NCBI GenBank assembly: GCA_963777315.1
Contig: CAVZQC010000002.1
Location: 224,001 to 288,000 of the forward strand
From: Vulcanimicrobiota bacterium
GTDB taxonomy: Bacteria; Vulcanimicrobiota; Vulcanimicrobiia; Vulcanimicrobiales; Vulcanimicrobiaceae
DNA: 64,000 nt
Direction: 5' to 3'
Shown here: piece after piece, positions 28,078 through 38,227 of the stretch
Numbering within the stretch: position 1 is the stretch's first letter
Layout: the number at the start of each line of letters is the position of its first letter
Notes under the pieces: generated by a model
Seen by the model: only the letters and a program-made list of their open reading frames with translations
Told to the model about the DNA's origin: nothing
Database searches by the model: none
Made by a program: the position numbers and the translations under genes

Positions 28078-28447
28078 GGCGTCCACTCTACCCCCAAAGC
28101 GGCCTGCCGCCAACGACTGCGGTGGCCGCCGCCTGCCGTTGGGCCTAACGACCTATCGCGGGGGCGATAGGCCTGCCCCAAACGGGTATAATAGCCAGTC
28201 CTGGGGGTGTTTCCATGAACGCGCAGCGACCCGGCATAGTCGTTTCGGGCTCTATCCAAACCGCACTGGCCGCACATCGGCGGATACATGTGGCGGTCTT
28301 TGACTGTTCCCCGCGCTTTCGCATCTTTCGCGGCCTGCGCATCGTTGCGCGTCCGGTCTGCTTAAAGCACCGGCGGTTGAGTCTGATCCTGCGCTGTCAT
28401 TGGCACATCACGCGCTCGCACAGCTCTTACAGCCGCGCCTCACTCCA

Positions 28448-28480
28448 AGAACGGGCCGGCGCATCGCGCCGGCCCGTTCT
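28448..28480. terminator. GC-rich hairpin, probable terminator for the S53 gene and possibly bidirectional
   Basis: AGAACGGGCCGGCGC-ATC-GCGCCGGCCCGTTCT, a perfect 15-bp stem. Confidence 0.65.
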
Positions 28481-28499
28481 GCATGGGACCGATTGCGCG

Positions 28500-30870
28500 T
28501 TAGAGCGCGTTTGCCAGCGTCCAGCCTTTGGGCGCGCCGATCCCGGTCACCAGATCGTAGCCGGTAACCGCGTTGTACGCACCGTTGGTGCCGGACGTGA
28601 CGTCGGTGTAGTCGGAGTAGGCTGCGTTTTTGAACGCCGTGTACAGATTCGGATTGACGAATCCGTAGTGCGTGTTGCGTAGCTGGTTGACTTCGGCCAT
28701 GAAGGCGACGAATTCGGGCGACGACCACGACGTGCCGTCGACCTCCAACCATCCGCCTTGCCCGGCCGCGTATACCGCGACGCCGACGCCCGGGAGGGAA
28801 ACGTCGGGCTGATTGCGTCCGGACGAATGCACGCCCGAAACGCCCGACTGGTAACTCGGCAGCGCGAACACCGTCGAAACGCCGCCGCCGGATTGGAAGC
28901 CGTTGCCCGAATCGCTGCCGGCGGTGATGCTGGTGAGCGCACCGGTAGAGCTGTTGCTCGTGAAGTTCACCGCGCCGACCGAGACGAAATACGGGCCGCC
29001 CGCCGGAGCGCTTACGCCCAGCGAACCGCTGCATTCGTTGCTTCCCGAGTCGCCCGAAGAAGCCGAAAACGTCATCCCCTTGGATGCGGCTTGCTGCGCG
29101 ATCGAATTCGTCGTGTTGGCGAACGACGTGTCGCCCGATTCGCAGCCTCCGAACGAGGAGTTGACCACCGTCGCGATACCGTCGGAAACGGCCGTGTTGT
29201 ATCCGTCTTCGATGCTTTGATCGCTCAGATCGGGGAAGTTGTAGACGCGAATGTTCGCGCCCGGCGCAAGACCCGCTATCGTTTCCACGTCCAGCGCAGT
29301 TTCGACGTAGTCGCTGCTCGAGGAGTTGCCTCCGCCGTCAACGGCGACGTTGGTGATGGTGCCCGTATGCGAAACGCCTGCGGAGCTCAAATACGTGCTC
29401 ACGTCGCCGGTGTTGATCGGCGTGTCGATCTCGACCGCTACCGTTTGGCCCGCACCGTTGCAGCCGTGCTGCACGGGATAGTCGAACGCTTTGGCTACGC
29501 CGGTAGCGTACCAGCCGTGCGAACCGCTCAGCGGACCGCCCAGTGCAGCCGCGCCGTTACAGCCGCCCGGCGCCGGTGTCGGGCTGTTGGTCGGTTTGGG
29601 CGTGGGGCTTGGCGAGCCCGACGGTTTGGGTGTAGGAGACGGAGAGTTCGTCGGCTTGGGCGTGGGCGTTGACGTGGGCGAAGGCGTCGGCGTCGAGGTG
29701 GCGCCCGAAAGGCTGACGTCGTCGACGAACTGCTGGGTGTACAGATAACGGTAGCCGTCGCCGTGCACGCCGAAATACAGATAGTAGGTTTGACCGGCGT
29801 AGGCGCTCACGTTGTAGACTCTTTTGCACCCAGCCGGCCTGATTGTTGACGCTGTAGTAGAAGTTCTGCACGACGTTGCCGCTGCCGTCGAGCAGGTCGG
29901 CTTCCTGCCACGCGTACGTCGTGTCGGTTTCGTCGGAGAGCTGATAGACGTAGAAGGTGAGCACGCCGCTAGCGGGGATCGTGACCTGCTGGCAGACGCC
30001 CGTGTCGCCGTTCGGCTCGCTGCTGCCGTTTCCTGATTTTTCGTCGTAGCGGCCGGTGTGCGGATGCGCCGTCGTCACCGACGCGTTAATGTTGCCGCAT
30101 TGGATCCAGCCGCCGTTGACGCGGCCGGTTTCGAAGCCCGGATTGAGCAATACGTTCCCGGCCGAGGGATGCACGGCCGTCGTACGCCGCGCAGAAAACG
30201 CCGGAACGCTGATGCGCGAATCGACGGCATGCCGGGCGGAATCCGCGCCGGTATGCACGACGATGAGGTCGTTGAGCGAGACGTCTTTGATGTAGTCCGC
30301 GATGCGCGAGGGAATCGTGGGCGCTTTGACGTTCATGTAGCGGCGCCCGAATTTCCCTTGGCTGACCGTATGCATCTGCGTGCTGAAGAACCGTTCGACC
30401 GCCGAACTGGGCGCAGTTGCATCGACGATGGTGCGATTGTCGAAGCGGTGCGTGATCGTAAAGCCCGCAGCGCGCAACGCATCGACGACCGCGGTTTCCT
30501 GCGCTGCCGTAGGCGCGTAGTAGCCGTTGAATTGAGCGGTCGTCAGATAATGATGGTACATGCCGGAAAGCCGGTCGCTTTGTTCGCGTACCAGCTCGTC
30601 CAGTTGCGATTGATGATTATAGCGCAACGTCACGGCGACGTTGACGGGTTCGTTCGCTGAACGCCGGCCGAGATCGCTGATGGCCAAACGTCCGGTGGGA
30701 TGCGGGACGGCGCCGATGACCGCTTGGGCCTGGCTTTCGGTGGTCGGGCCCGAAGAATTGCCGGAAGGCCCAGCGCCGGCGATAGGCGGGACGGAAGAGT
30801 GCCCTCCGCATGCGGACAGCGCCATACCGATGCATAGCAAGGAAGCTGCCGCCCTAAAGGTTGATCGCAT
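28500..30870 (-). CDS. S53 (sedolisin/kumamolisin-like) peptidase: lipoprotein-like signal, propeptide, CBM-like domain, PT linker, catalytic domain; one frameshift near 29818
   Basis: ALSAC lipobox-like motif, propeptide (SGMYHHYLTTAQFNGYYAPT), NPGFETG...FVDDVSL module, ETALD, SSGDSG, GTSWSSP, GYDLVTGIGAP. ORFs 29557..30960 and 28500..29810 join at WVQK/YNVSAY. Confidence 0.85.
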
Positions 30871-31026
30871 AAGACTCCTCGCGTGGGTGCAGTGCAACAA
30901 CGGAAAAGACCAACGTTTTCTGGAGCCGCCTTCAGCGCCTGCAGCCTGCTCCAGGGTCAAGCAAATCCGTGCCCGGTACTACTGCGCAGGCCGCTAAAGT
31001 CCGATACAAGAACTGTGCGATTTGCA

Positions 31027-31500
31027 ATGAGGAAGCTGCTGGGTTCGGTTATGCTTCTCGGGCTGCTCTACGGATGCAGCGGAAGCGGCTATTTGCCGTA
31101 CGCGCCCAACGCGCTTACGCCCGGCCAGCTGCAGAGTTTGATAGATTCGGCCTCGGACCGCAACGACGTGGCGCCGGGACTGGTCAACGCCGTCGTCATG
31201 GCCGAGTCCGCAGGCGATCCTTCCGCTGTCAGCGTCGCGGGCGCGCAAGGGCTCATGCAGCTCATGCCGGGCACGGCAGCGTCGTGCGGCATCAGCAATC
31301 CCTTCGATCCCGTGCAAAACGTGGACTGCGGAACGCGCTACCTGCACGAACTGCTGCAGCGCTACAAGCAAAATGCGACGCTGGCGGTCGCGGCATACAA
31401 CGCCGGCCCGGGTGCGGTCGATCAGTATCACGGCGTTCCTCCGTACGCGGAGACGCGCGCGTACGTTTCGCGCGTTTTGACCGCATACCGGGACTACTAG
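31027..31500 (+). CDS. SLT-domain lytic transglycosylase, probable lipoprotein
   Basis: LYGC lipobox, AES, GAQGLMQLMPGTA, AAYNAGPG, PPYAETRAYV. Confidence 0.9.
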   Translation: MRKLLGSVMLLGLLYGCSGSGYLPYAPNALTPGQLQSLIDSASDRNDVAPGLVNAVVMAESAGDPSAVSVAGAQGLMQLMPGTAASCGISNPFDPVQNVDCGTRYLHELLQRYKQNATLAVAAYNAGPGAVDQYHGVPPYAETRAYVSRVLTAYRDY

Positions 31501-31520
31501 GCTCAGCGAAAGCCGGAGCA

Positions 31521-32675
31521 ATGGCCTCCGTACCCGGAACTCGCGCGGCGCCCATCGGCCTGCTGCGCCAACTGCGCTTGCCGATTCTGGATTCCTACGT
31601 CCTGCGCGAATTTTTGGCGCCGTTCGTATTCGCATTTCTGGCGTTCTTTTTGTTCTGGGCGTTCAACATATTTTTTCTGGCGGCAAAATACCTCATCACG
31701 CAGAACGCCCCGTTCTTTCTGGTCATGCGCTTCGTCGTGTTTCGGATTCCGCAGTCGATTCCGATGGCGTTCCCGTTCGCGACCCTGTTCGCAACGCTGC
31801 TGGGCATGGGGCGCCTCATGGCCGATAACGAGGTCAACGCCATCCGCACGTCGGGAGTGTCGCTCTGGCGTTTGTCGCTTACGCCGTTCATCTTCGGCGC
31901 GTGCGCGTTTCTTCTGGCTTACGGCATGAACGAGTACATCGCGCCCAAGGCAGTCGATCTCTCTACGCGCACGTTCTATCAGATCATCTATCACACCGCG
32001 TCGCTGCCAGTCGAGCCGCAATTCTTCCGCAAGGATCCCGATACCGGCAACGTATTCTTCGTCAGTCAAGTGCTGCCCGACGGCAAAACGATGGCCGGCG
32101 TACAGATATTCAAACCCGGACGCAACGGCTTTTGGAACCAAACGATTCAAGCCCAGACGGCGCGAGTCGACGGTGCGACGCTGGTGATGACCAATGCCGT
32201 CATCACGTATTACAACGGCGAAGGCTACATGACGACGCAGGCAAAGCAGCCCGAGGTGCGCATCGGTCTGCCGCTGGCCGAAAGCGCGGCGCAGTTCATG
32301 AGCACCGCCAACAGCGACGCATGGACGATGAATTCCAAACAGCTGTCGGCTCAAGTCAACGCGCTGCGCTCGCAGGGCATCGGCGGCGAAGCGCTGGGCA
32401 ATCTCGAGGTCAATCTGGCCGACAAGCTCGCCTTTCCGTTCGCCGCTTTCATCGGCGTGCTCATCGCGCTTCCGATGGCGATCAAGTTCGGCAAGAAAGG
32501 GCGAGCCACCGGAATGGCTTTGGCCGTCGTGGCGTTCTTTGTGTATTACGTCATGACCGAAGCGGCATCGGCATTCGGAAGCACGGATCGCCTCAACCCC
32601 TACGTTGCGTCGTGGCTGCCGAATATCGTGTTCGGTGTCGCCGGCTTGGTCTTGCTCTGGAGTGAAGAGCACTAA
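31521..32675 (+). CDS. LptF/LptG family permease
   Basis: ILDSYVLREFLAPF, GRLMADNEVNAIRTSGVSL, three TMs + beta-jellyroll + three TMs, SWLPNIVF. Confidence 0.88.
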   Translation: MASVPGTRAAPIGLLRQLRLPILDSYVLREFLAPFVFAFLAFFLFWAFNIFFLAAKYLITQNAPFFLVMRFVVFRIPQSIPMAFPFATLFATLLGMGRLMADNEVNAIRTSGVSLWRLSLTPFIFGACAFLLAYGMNEYIAPKAVDLSTRTFYQIIYHTASLPVEPQFFRKDPDTGNVFFVSQVLPDGKTMAGVQIFKPGRNGFWNQTIQAQTARVDGATLVMTNAVITYYNGEGYMTTQAKQPEVRIGLPLAESAAQFMSTANSDAWTMNSKQLSAQVNALRSQGIGGEALGNLEVNLADKLAFPFAAFIGVLIALPMAIKFGKKGRATGMALAVVAFFVYYVMTEAASAFGSTDRLNPYVASWLPNIVFGVAGLVLLWSEEH

Positions 32676-35115
32676 TTTGACCTGCGCGCGCAAAGAACGG
32701 CGCGCATGGCGCGCCGCGGCGTGTTTGTTCGCACTGGGCGCAGGCGTGCTTGGACCGCAGCTCTCCGGTGCGCAGACGTTCGACGATCCGCAGTCCCAAC
32801 GCGTGCTCAAACTGCTGCACGGTCAAAGCTGCGCCGCCCGCATGCAGCACGTCTACGTCGCGCAGGCCGCTACCGCGCCTGCAACCCCCGTTCCCGGAGC
32901 GCAAGGCGGCCCCGGACTGCTGTACGCCACGCCTTTTCCGACCTCGGTGCCGCTCACGCCGCCACCGGTTCCCACGATGACGCCGCTGCCTGCCGGCACG
33001 GCGGGACCGGTGTTCCTGGAGCGCCATACCGGCGCGCCGTCCATCGGTGCCCGTCCCAACGAGAGCCCGTCGCCCTCGCCCACCGGCGTTCCGACCTTGC
33101 GGCCCGGATATGTCGCGGTGCTCGCCGATAAACTGGCCGGCAGCACTAAGCCCGGCGTACCCGGCGATGCCACGGGCAACGTGCACATCTTTTATCAGGA
33201 CGAAGTGCTCGTCGGCGACCGCGCACACTACGACGGCGTGCGAACGATCACCGTCACCGGCAATCCCTACATCATCAACCGCACCAAGGACTCGGTGCTG
33301 TACGGCGACTCGATCACCTTCGACACCGTTGCGCAAAAGGCGTCGCTGTACCACGGGCGCGGAGAGAGCTCGCAAGGCGTCGAACAGGGACTGCTGTATT
33401 TCGGCGCGCGCGACCTGCGAACCGATCAGCACGGCGTGGCGCACGGAAACTTCGCGACGCTGACGACCTGCGAACGCCCGCGTTCGGGCTATCACGTAAC
33501 GGGCCGTTCGATCGACGTCATTCCCGGCGACAAAATCGTCATCTCCAAAGCGGTGCTTTGGCTCGGGGCGGTGGCCGTCTTCTTTCTGCCGCGCGTTATC
33601 ATTCCGCTGCGCAGCGTGAGCGACGACCGGCAGCGCTCGCAGTTTTTTCCCGATTTAGGCTACAACTCGTATCAGGGCTACTACGCGCGTTCGCGCCTGA
33701 GCTTCGGGCACGATCAGTATTATTACGGGTATTACACGATCGAGTTCTACAGCAAGCAGGGCGTGACGCTGGGCTACACCGGTACGATCAACAAAAAGAA
33801 CGGACGGCGTTCGACCAACATCGCGGTCGAGCGCGTTCAGGACCGCATCGCGCAGAACACCAACTACAACTTCGGGCTGCAGGACACCGAGAATTTCTCA
33901 CAAGCGCTGCACGGGCAGCTGCAGTACAGCTACCAGAGCGCGTACGGGCCGTTCACGCAATTCCCGCCCACGCAGGGATTGAGCGCGCAAGTGATCCACA
34001 GCGGACCGACCGAATCGCAAACGTACAACTTCACGCGCCAGTCGACGGGCTCGCAGGCCAGCTCCGACAGCTTCGGCTTTGCCGACACGCGTCAGTTCGG
34101 AACGACGATGCAGAACAGCTTCAGTGCGAACCTGAGCCGCTCGCAGACCGACTACGGTTACGGCACGTTCTTTTCGAATTCGACCGCCAGCGTGAACGAT
34201 CTGCTGCATTGGAGCACGCACGCCGCCGACTACGAGCTGACCTATCAAAAAACGTTTGCGCAGACGCCGTACGGCATCAACAAGGAACCCGAACTGCAGA
34301 TCAGGCCGTACACGTTCCTCTCGCATTTTCTCTTTCCCATTGCGCCCACGCTGACCATCGGCGAGTACAACGAGCCTTCCACGCCGGAAACCACGGCGCG
34401 GGCGGACTTGGCGCTGAACGTGGGACCGGCGCTGTATAAGGTCTTCGGCAGCGATTTCAGCGCCAACGTCAACCTCGAGCAGTTCGCGTACGGAACCGGC
34501 GACCTCAAGGCGAGCATTCAGCAGCAGATGACGCTCACCACGCAGATCGGATCGCATCTCAACAACGTGATCTCGTACAACGCGCAGAGTTACAACGGCC
34601 CTGCAGCGGTGCCGTTCTCCACGATGGACCTGCAGAACAGCGAGAACACGAAGTTCGCAACCGACAGCCTGCGTATCTACAACGGCGACGCGTACAATCT
34701 GGCGCTGAACTTTTCAACCGCGTTCAACGCAATGGCGCAGCCCGTGGCCTATCAACTGACTGCCCGTCCGACCTCGCAGTCGTACGTCGTTCTGACCGGC
34801 GCTTTCAGTCCGGGACCCGGACAGGGCTTCTACTCCACGAATGCCCAGTTCTCGACGCCGTTCGGGCGCAACGCGTGGCTGCAGTTTCAAGGCGACGTCG
34901 ACTGGAAGTCCGGCGCGCGCATCGAGAACAAATCCATTTACTACAGCCGCATCATCGGCGACTGTTACGAGATTCAGCTCAGCTACAACCAGAACGCGCG
35001 CGAGCTCAACGCGACGATCAACCTGCTGGCGTTTCCCTCACACGCGGCCAGCTTCGGCTTGACCAGCCGCGGCTCGATGATCCCCTCGAGCTTCAACGGC
35101 TTCGGCTATCCGTAA
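32662..35115 (+). CDS. lptD: LptD-like outer-membrane assembly protein
   Basis: OstA-like N-domain (ATGNVHIFY, TTCERPRSGYHV, AVLWLGAVAVFFLP), PDLGYNS..G, long Tyr/Ser/Gln-rich beta-barrel-like C-terminus. Follows lptF/G. Confidence 0.7.
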   Translation: MKSTNLTCARKERRAWRAAACLFALGAGVLGPQLSGAQTFDDPQSQRVLKLLHGQSCAARMQHVYVAQAATAPATPVPGAQGGPGLLYATPFPTSVPLTPPPVPTMTPLPAGTAGPVFLERHTGAPSIGARPNESPSPSPTGVPTLRPGYVAVLADKLAGSTKPGVPGDATGNVHIFYQDEVLVGDRAHYDGVRTITVTGNPYIINRTKDSVLYGDSITFDTVAQKASLYHGRGESSQGVEQGLLYFGARDLRTDQHGVAHGNFATLTTCERPRSGYHVTGRSIDVIPGDKIVISKAVLWLGAVAVFFLPRVIIPLRSVSDDRQRSQFFPDLGYNSYQGYYARSRLSFGHDQYYYGYYTIEFYSKQGVTLGYTGTINKKNGRRSTNIAVERVQDRIAQNTNYNFGLQDTENFSQALHGQLQYSYQSAYGPFTQFPPTQGLSAQVIHSGPTESQTYNFTRQSTGSQASSDSFGFADTRQFGTTMQNSFSANLSRSQTDYGYGTFFSNSTASVNDLLHWSTHAADYELTYQKTFAQTPYGINKEPELQIRPYTFLSHFLFPIAPTLTIGEYNEPSTPETTARADLALNVGPALYKVFGSDFSANVNLEQFAYGTGDLKASIQQQMTLTTQIGSHLNNVISYNAQSYNGPAAVPFSTMDLQNSENTKFATDSLRIYNGDAYNLALNFSTAFNAMAQPVAYQLTARPTSQSYVVLTGAFSPGPGQGFYSTNAQFSTPFGRNAWLQFQGDVDWKSGARIENKSIYYSRIIGDCYEIQLSYNQNARELNATINLLAFPSHAASFGLTSRGSMIPSSFNGFGYP

Positions 35116-35136
35116 ATTCGATACCAAGAACCGCAA

Positions 35137-35298
35137 TCACGGTACGTCACACTGCGGATGACCGCAGTCGCAGGTTTCGGTTTCTATCCCGTTCTCCGCG
35201 GAATTCTTGCAGGCTTGACTGCAGTACTGCTCGGTTTGCATTTCCGCGGTGAGGACGCAGTTGCACTCCTCGTGCGCGCATTCGATCGTCTCGTGCAT
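35137..35298 (-). CDS. Small Cys/His-rich metallothionein-like protein (53 aa)
   Basis: MHETIECAHEECNC...YCSQAC...CDCGHPQCDVP with 8 Cys and 3 His. Resembles the SmtA/BmtA CxxxxCxC...YCSxxC...CGHxxC pattern. Confidence 0.7.
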   Translation of the reverse strand: MHETIECAHEECNCVLTAEMQTEQYCSQACKNSAENGIETETCDCGHPQCDVP

Positions 35299-35315
35299 GA
35301 CGGGCTTTTTCCCGC

Positions 35316-36098
35316 TTACGGGCTGTTCAGCACCTCGCCGCCGACGATTTGGGAAGAGGGGCTCGGCGCGCTCGGCACGACGGGCGGCAGCCCCTGAGTC
35401 CACGGGCTGTCGAACGCGGTCGTCATGTCGTATTGCTGGATGAACGTCGTATCGGTCACGCCGAACGGTCCCGCGGCCGAAATCACTTGCCCGGACGGAT
35501 TGCCGTTGGGCGAGGCGACGAACCAATTGACGAACCACGTCGACGCCGGTCCGTTGATGGGCGAGGAGGTGGGGGCTGCGGAGGCGGTGGCGCCGGCCGT
35601 CGGGGATGCCGACGGAGCCGCGGTCGCGGTGATGCCGTTGAATACATGGCGGTAAATCGTCAGGCAGAACTGCGTTTGCGTCCCGTTGCAGTTGGGATTG
35701 AGCACGATGTCCTGCGGGTTGTACTGAATGCGGTACGGCTGCTTGATCGTGCCGCCGTTGGTGCTCTGGGTGGTCACGAACTGCCAGAGCGCGACCTGAA
35801 CCTGGCTGGCGAAGTTGGGCTGGCCGACGACGATTTCAAACGAGTAATTCAGCCAGTTCTGCTGTTGGCTGCCGTTCTGCGCGTACGGTTCGGTTCCGGT
35901 ACCGCTCGTATTGAAGGCAAGGACGTAGAAGTTGTTGACGAAGTCGAGCGGGCCTTGGGTCGCGAATTTGATCTGCATTTGGCCGGAAACCAGGCCCGCT
36001 TCACCCCCGCCCGGACCGCGATCGGGCGTAACCTGACGACCGCACGAGGCCAGCGTGAGCGCTACGGCACAGACCACAAAAATTAGTTTGCGTAGCAT
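35316..36098 (-). CDS. Hypothetical lipoprotein
   Basis: MLRKLIFVVCAVALTLASC lipobox, SD GGAGGT upstream, beta-rich with a PSAT linker. Confidence 0.75.
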   Translation of the reverse strand: MLRKLIFVVCAVALTLASCGRQVTPDRGPGGGEAGLVSGQMQIKFATQGPLDFVNNFYVLAFNTSGTGTEPYAQNGSQQQNWLNYSFEIVVGQPNFASQVQVALWQFVTTQSTNGGTIKQPYRIQYNPQDIVLNPNCNGTQTQFCLTIYRHVFNGITATAAPSASPTAGATASAAPTSSPINGPASTWFVNWFVASPNGNPSGQVISAAGPFGVTDTTFIQQYDMTTAFDSPWTQGLPPVVPSAPSPSSQIVGGEVLNSP

Positions 36099-36108
36099 CG
36101 GCACCTCC

Positions 36109-37677
36109 GTGCGTGCGCTCGAGCTCTTCGCTTCGCTGCTCGGCGCGGTTGCGCTCGCGTTAGCATTCCCCAAAACCGGTCAGGCATGGCTTGCGCCGCT
36201 CGGGGCGGCGGCGCTGTTCTGGGCATGGGGACGCCTCTCCTGGAAACGCGCCTTCTTTGCCGGATGGTTCGCCGGGACGGTTTTTTTCGCGATCAACTTT
36301 TCGTGGTTTACCTATACGGTGGGCAGCTACGTCGGTCCGCTGGCCTTCGCCATCGTGCTGATCCCTGCCGTAGTCGATGCGCTGTCGTTCGCGCTCACGG
36401 CGTTGTGCGCGCAGGCCGCGCTGCGCTGGGCGCCGGCATGGGCGGCTCCGGCGGCAGCCGCCGCTGCGTTCGCGGTCTTGGAATGGCTGCGATCGGTCGG
36501 CGTAACCGGTATTCCGTTCGCGCAGATCGGCTACACTCAAACCGATACGCCGCTGGCAGTCTTTGCCGCGTACGCCGGATGTTACGGCGTCACGTTCGTC
36601 GTCATGCTGCTCGGCGCGTATGCCGCGCAGGCGCTCGAGCGGCGCGTCGCAGGTACCTTCGCGGTGGTCGTTGCGGCGATTGCCCTCGCATGGACGGGAT
36701 GCTTTTTCGCCTGGCCCGCGCGCCACGCCGCCGCACCGGACATGCGCGTCGCCGCCGTGCAGGGCAATATTTCGCAATCGATCAAGTGGGATCCGCAGAC
36801 GCTGCCGCATAGCGTTGCGCGCTATACGTCGTTGACCAAAACGCTCGCGGCACTGCATCCCCAGCTCGTGGTTTGGCCCGAAACCGTGATCACCGCCGAC
36901 TTGGACGATGCGCCGTTCTATTGGGATTGGAACGCGGCAACCCCGCAGCAGCGCGCACAGCTGCATGCGCTGCTGGCCACCGACGGCAGCTTGCGCGCCC
37001 GGTTCGGCCGGCTGGCGAAATCGTTGAACGCGACGCTCTCCGTGGGGAGTTTGGATCGCCACTGGGCAAGCGAAGGCCTCAAAGAGTACAACGCGCTCTA
37101 CACCTACGGACCGCAGGGATATTTGATCGACATCTACGACAAGCGTCAGCTCGTGCCGTTCGCCGAATCGCTTCCTGCGCCGGCCCTGTTCGCATGGCTG
37201 CCGTATGCCGGCCTCATCGGCCGCTTCGGGCACGGCACTACCGACACGGTGATTCCCGCAGGCGGGATGCTGTTTGCGCCGCTGATCTGCTGGGAATCCG
37301 CGTTCGCCGATTTGGTCCACGCGCAGATCCGCAACGGCGCGCAGTTTTTAGTGATCCCGACCGACGACGCGTGGTTCGGCCCCAGCTCGGGAACGTATCA
37401 GCATGCGCAGATCGCGCAAATGCGAGCGATCGAGTCCGGTGAGTGGGTAGTTCAAGCGGCGTCTACGGGAATCAGCGGCATCGTCGCTCCGAACGGCGCG
37501 TGGACGCAACGCACCGATTTGAATCGCGAGGCGGTCGTGTTCGGACGAATCGGCATGCCGCCGGGATCGGTGTTTGCCCGAATCGGACCCAATCCCGTCA
37601 TCTATGCACTCGCGGCGGTGTACGCGGCGATCCTCTGTTTTGGGTTCGCTCGCAAACGCGGACGTGAAAGCGTTTAA
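36109..37677 (+). CDS. lnt: Apolipoprotein N-acyltransferase
   Basis: TM N-domain, VQGNI, VVWPET, YDKRQLVPFAE, LICWES, DDAWFG, RAIESG, STGISG (nitrilase E-K-C triad). Start codon uncertain. Confidence 0.92.
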   Translation: MRALELFASLLGAVALALAFPKTGQAWLAPLGAAALFWAWGRLSWKRAFFAGWFAGTVFFAINFSWFTYTVGSYVGPLAFAIVLIPAVVDALSFALTALCAQAALRWAPAWAAPAAAAAAFAVLEWLRSVGVTGIPFAQIGYTQTDTPLAVFAAYAGCYGVTFVVMLLGAYAAQALERRVAGTFAVVVAAIALAWTGCFFAWPARHAAAPDMRVAAVQGNISQSIKWDPQTLPHSVARYTSLTKTLAALHPQLVVWPETVITADLDDAPFYWDWNAATPQQRAQLHALLATDGSLRARFGRLAKSLNATLSVGSLDRHWASEGLKEYNALYTYGPQGYLIDIYDKRQLVPFAESLPAPALFAWLPYAGLIGRFGHGTTDTVIPAGGMLFAPLICWESAFADLVHAQIRNGAQFLVIPTDDAWFGPSSGTYQHAQIAQMRAIESGEWVVQAASTGISGIVAPNGAWTQRTDLNREAVVFGRIGMPPGSVFARIGPNPVIYALAAVYAAILCFGFARKRGRESV

Positions 37678-38227
37678 CGTTCGCGCCGTTGCGCTGATTG
37701 CGGGCGCGATCCTGGTGATCTGGTTCGTCGTCGGGATAATTCTAGCCGGCCGCGAGAGTGCGCCGCTGCCTCCGGGAACGCAGCCCATCACGCTTCGCGG
37801 CGGCCGCGTGAACGGCAACCGCTTCAGCACGCATTCCTGGACCTTCGAATACCAGCGCGCGCAAATGTCGCCGGACGGAACGTTTGCTACAGTCGACGGC
37901 GTGCGCAACGGCATACTCTACAAAAAGGGAAAGCCGTATTTGAGCATTGCGGCCGAGCACGCTTCCATCAACACGCAGACGCTGGATTTCACTGCGATGG
38001 GTCAAGTCCACATCGCGGCACTGGACTCCAAGGACGGCGTGCGCAGATCGTTCGATACGGATCTGGTGCAGTGGACCAATGCGACCAAAATTCTCTCGCT
38101 CTCGCATCAGTCGCTGCTGCGCACGGGCGACGAAACGCTGCGGGTCGCGTCGATCACGGTCAACTTCAACACGAGCGACATTCACCTTGGCCGAGTGGAA
38201 GGCGCCGTACAGGCTCCGGGGCCGTGA
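37664..38227 (+). CDS. LptC-like protein
   Basis: Single N-terminal TM plus a beta-jellyroll-like periplasmic domain. Overlaps lnt and lies near lptF/G and lptD. Confidence 0.55.
   Translation: MKAFNVRAVALIAGAILVIWFVVGIILAGRESAPLPPGTQPITLRGGRVNGNRFSTHSWTFEYQRAQMSPDGTFATVDGVRNGILYKKGKPYLSIAAEHASINTQTLDFTAMGQVHIAALDSKDGVRRSFDTDLVQWTNATKILSLSHQSLLRTGDETLRVASITVNFNTSDIHLGRVEGAVQAPGP

Noticed and set aside
28202..28450. tmRNA, suggested by 5' GGGGGTGTT and 3' CACTCCA
   Set aside because: No GGxTTCGAC 5' motif, no T-loop or CCA end, and too short.
29575..29700. Short periodic repeats here and at 3940-4113
   Set aside because: They encode ordinary Pro/Thr/Ser linkers within proteins.
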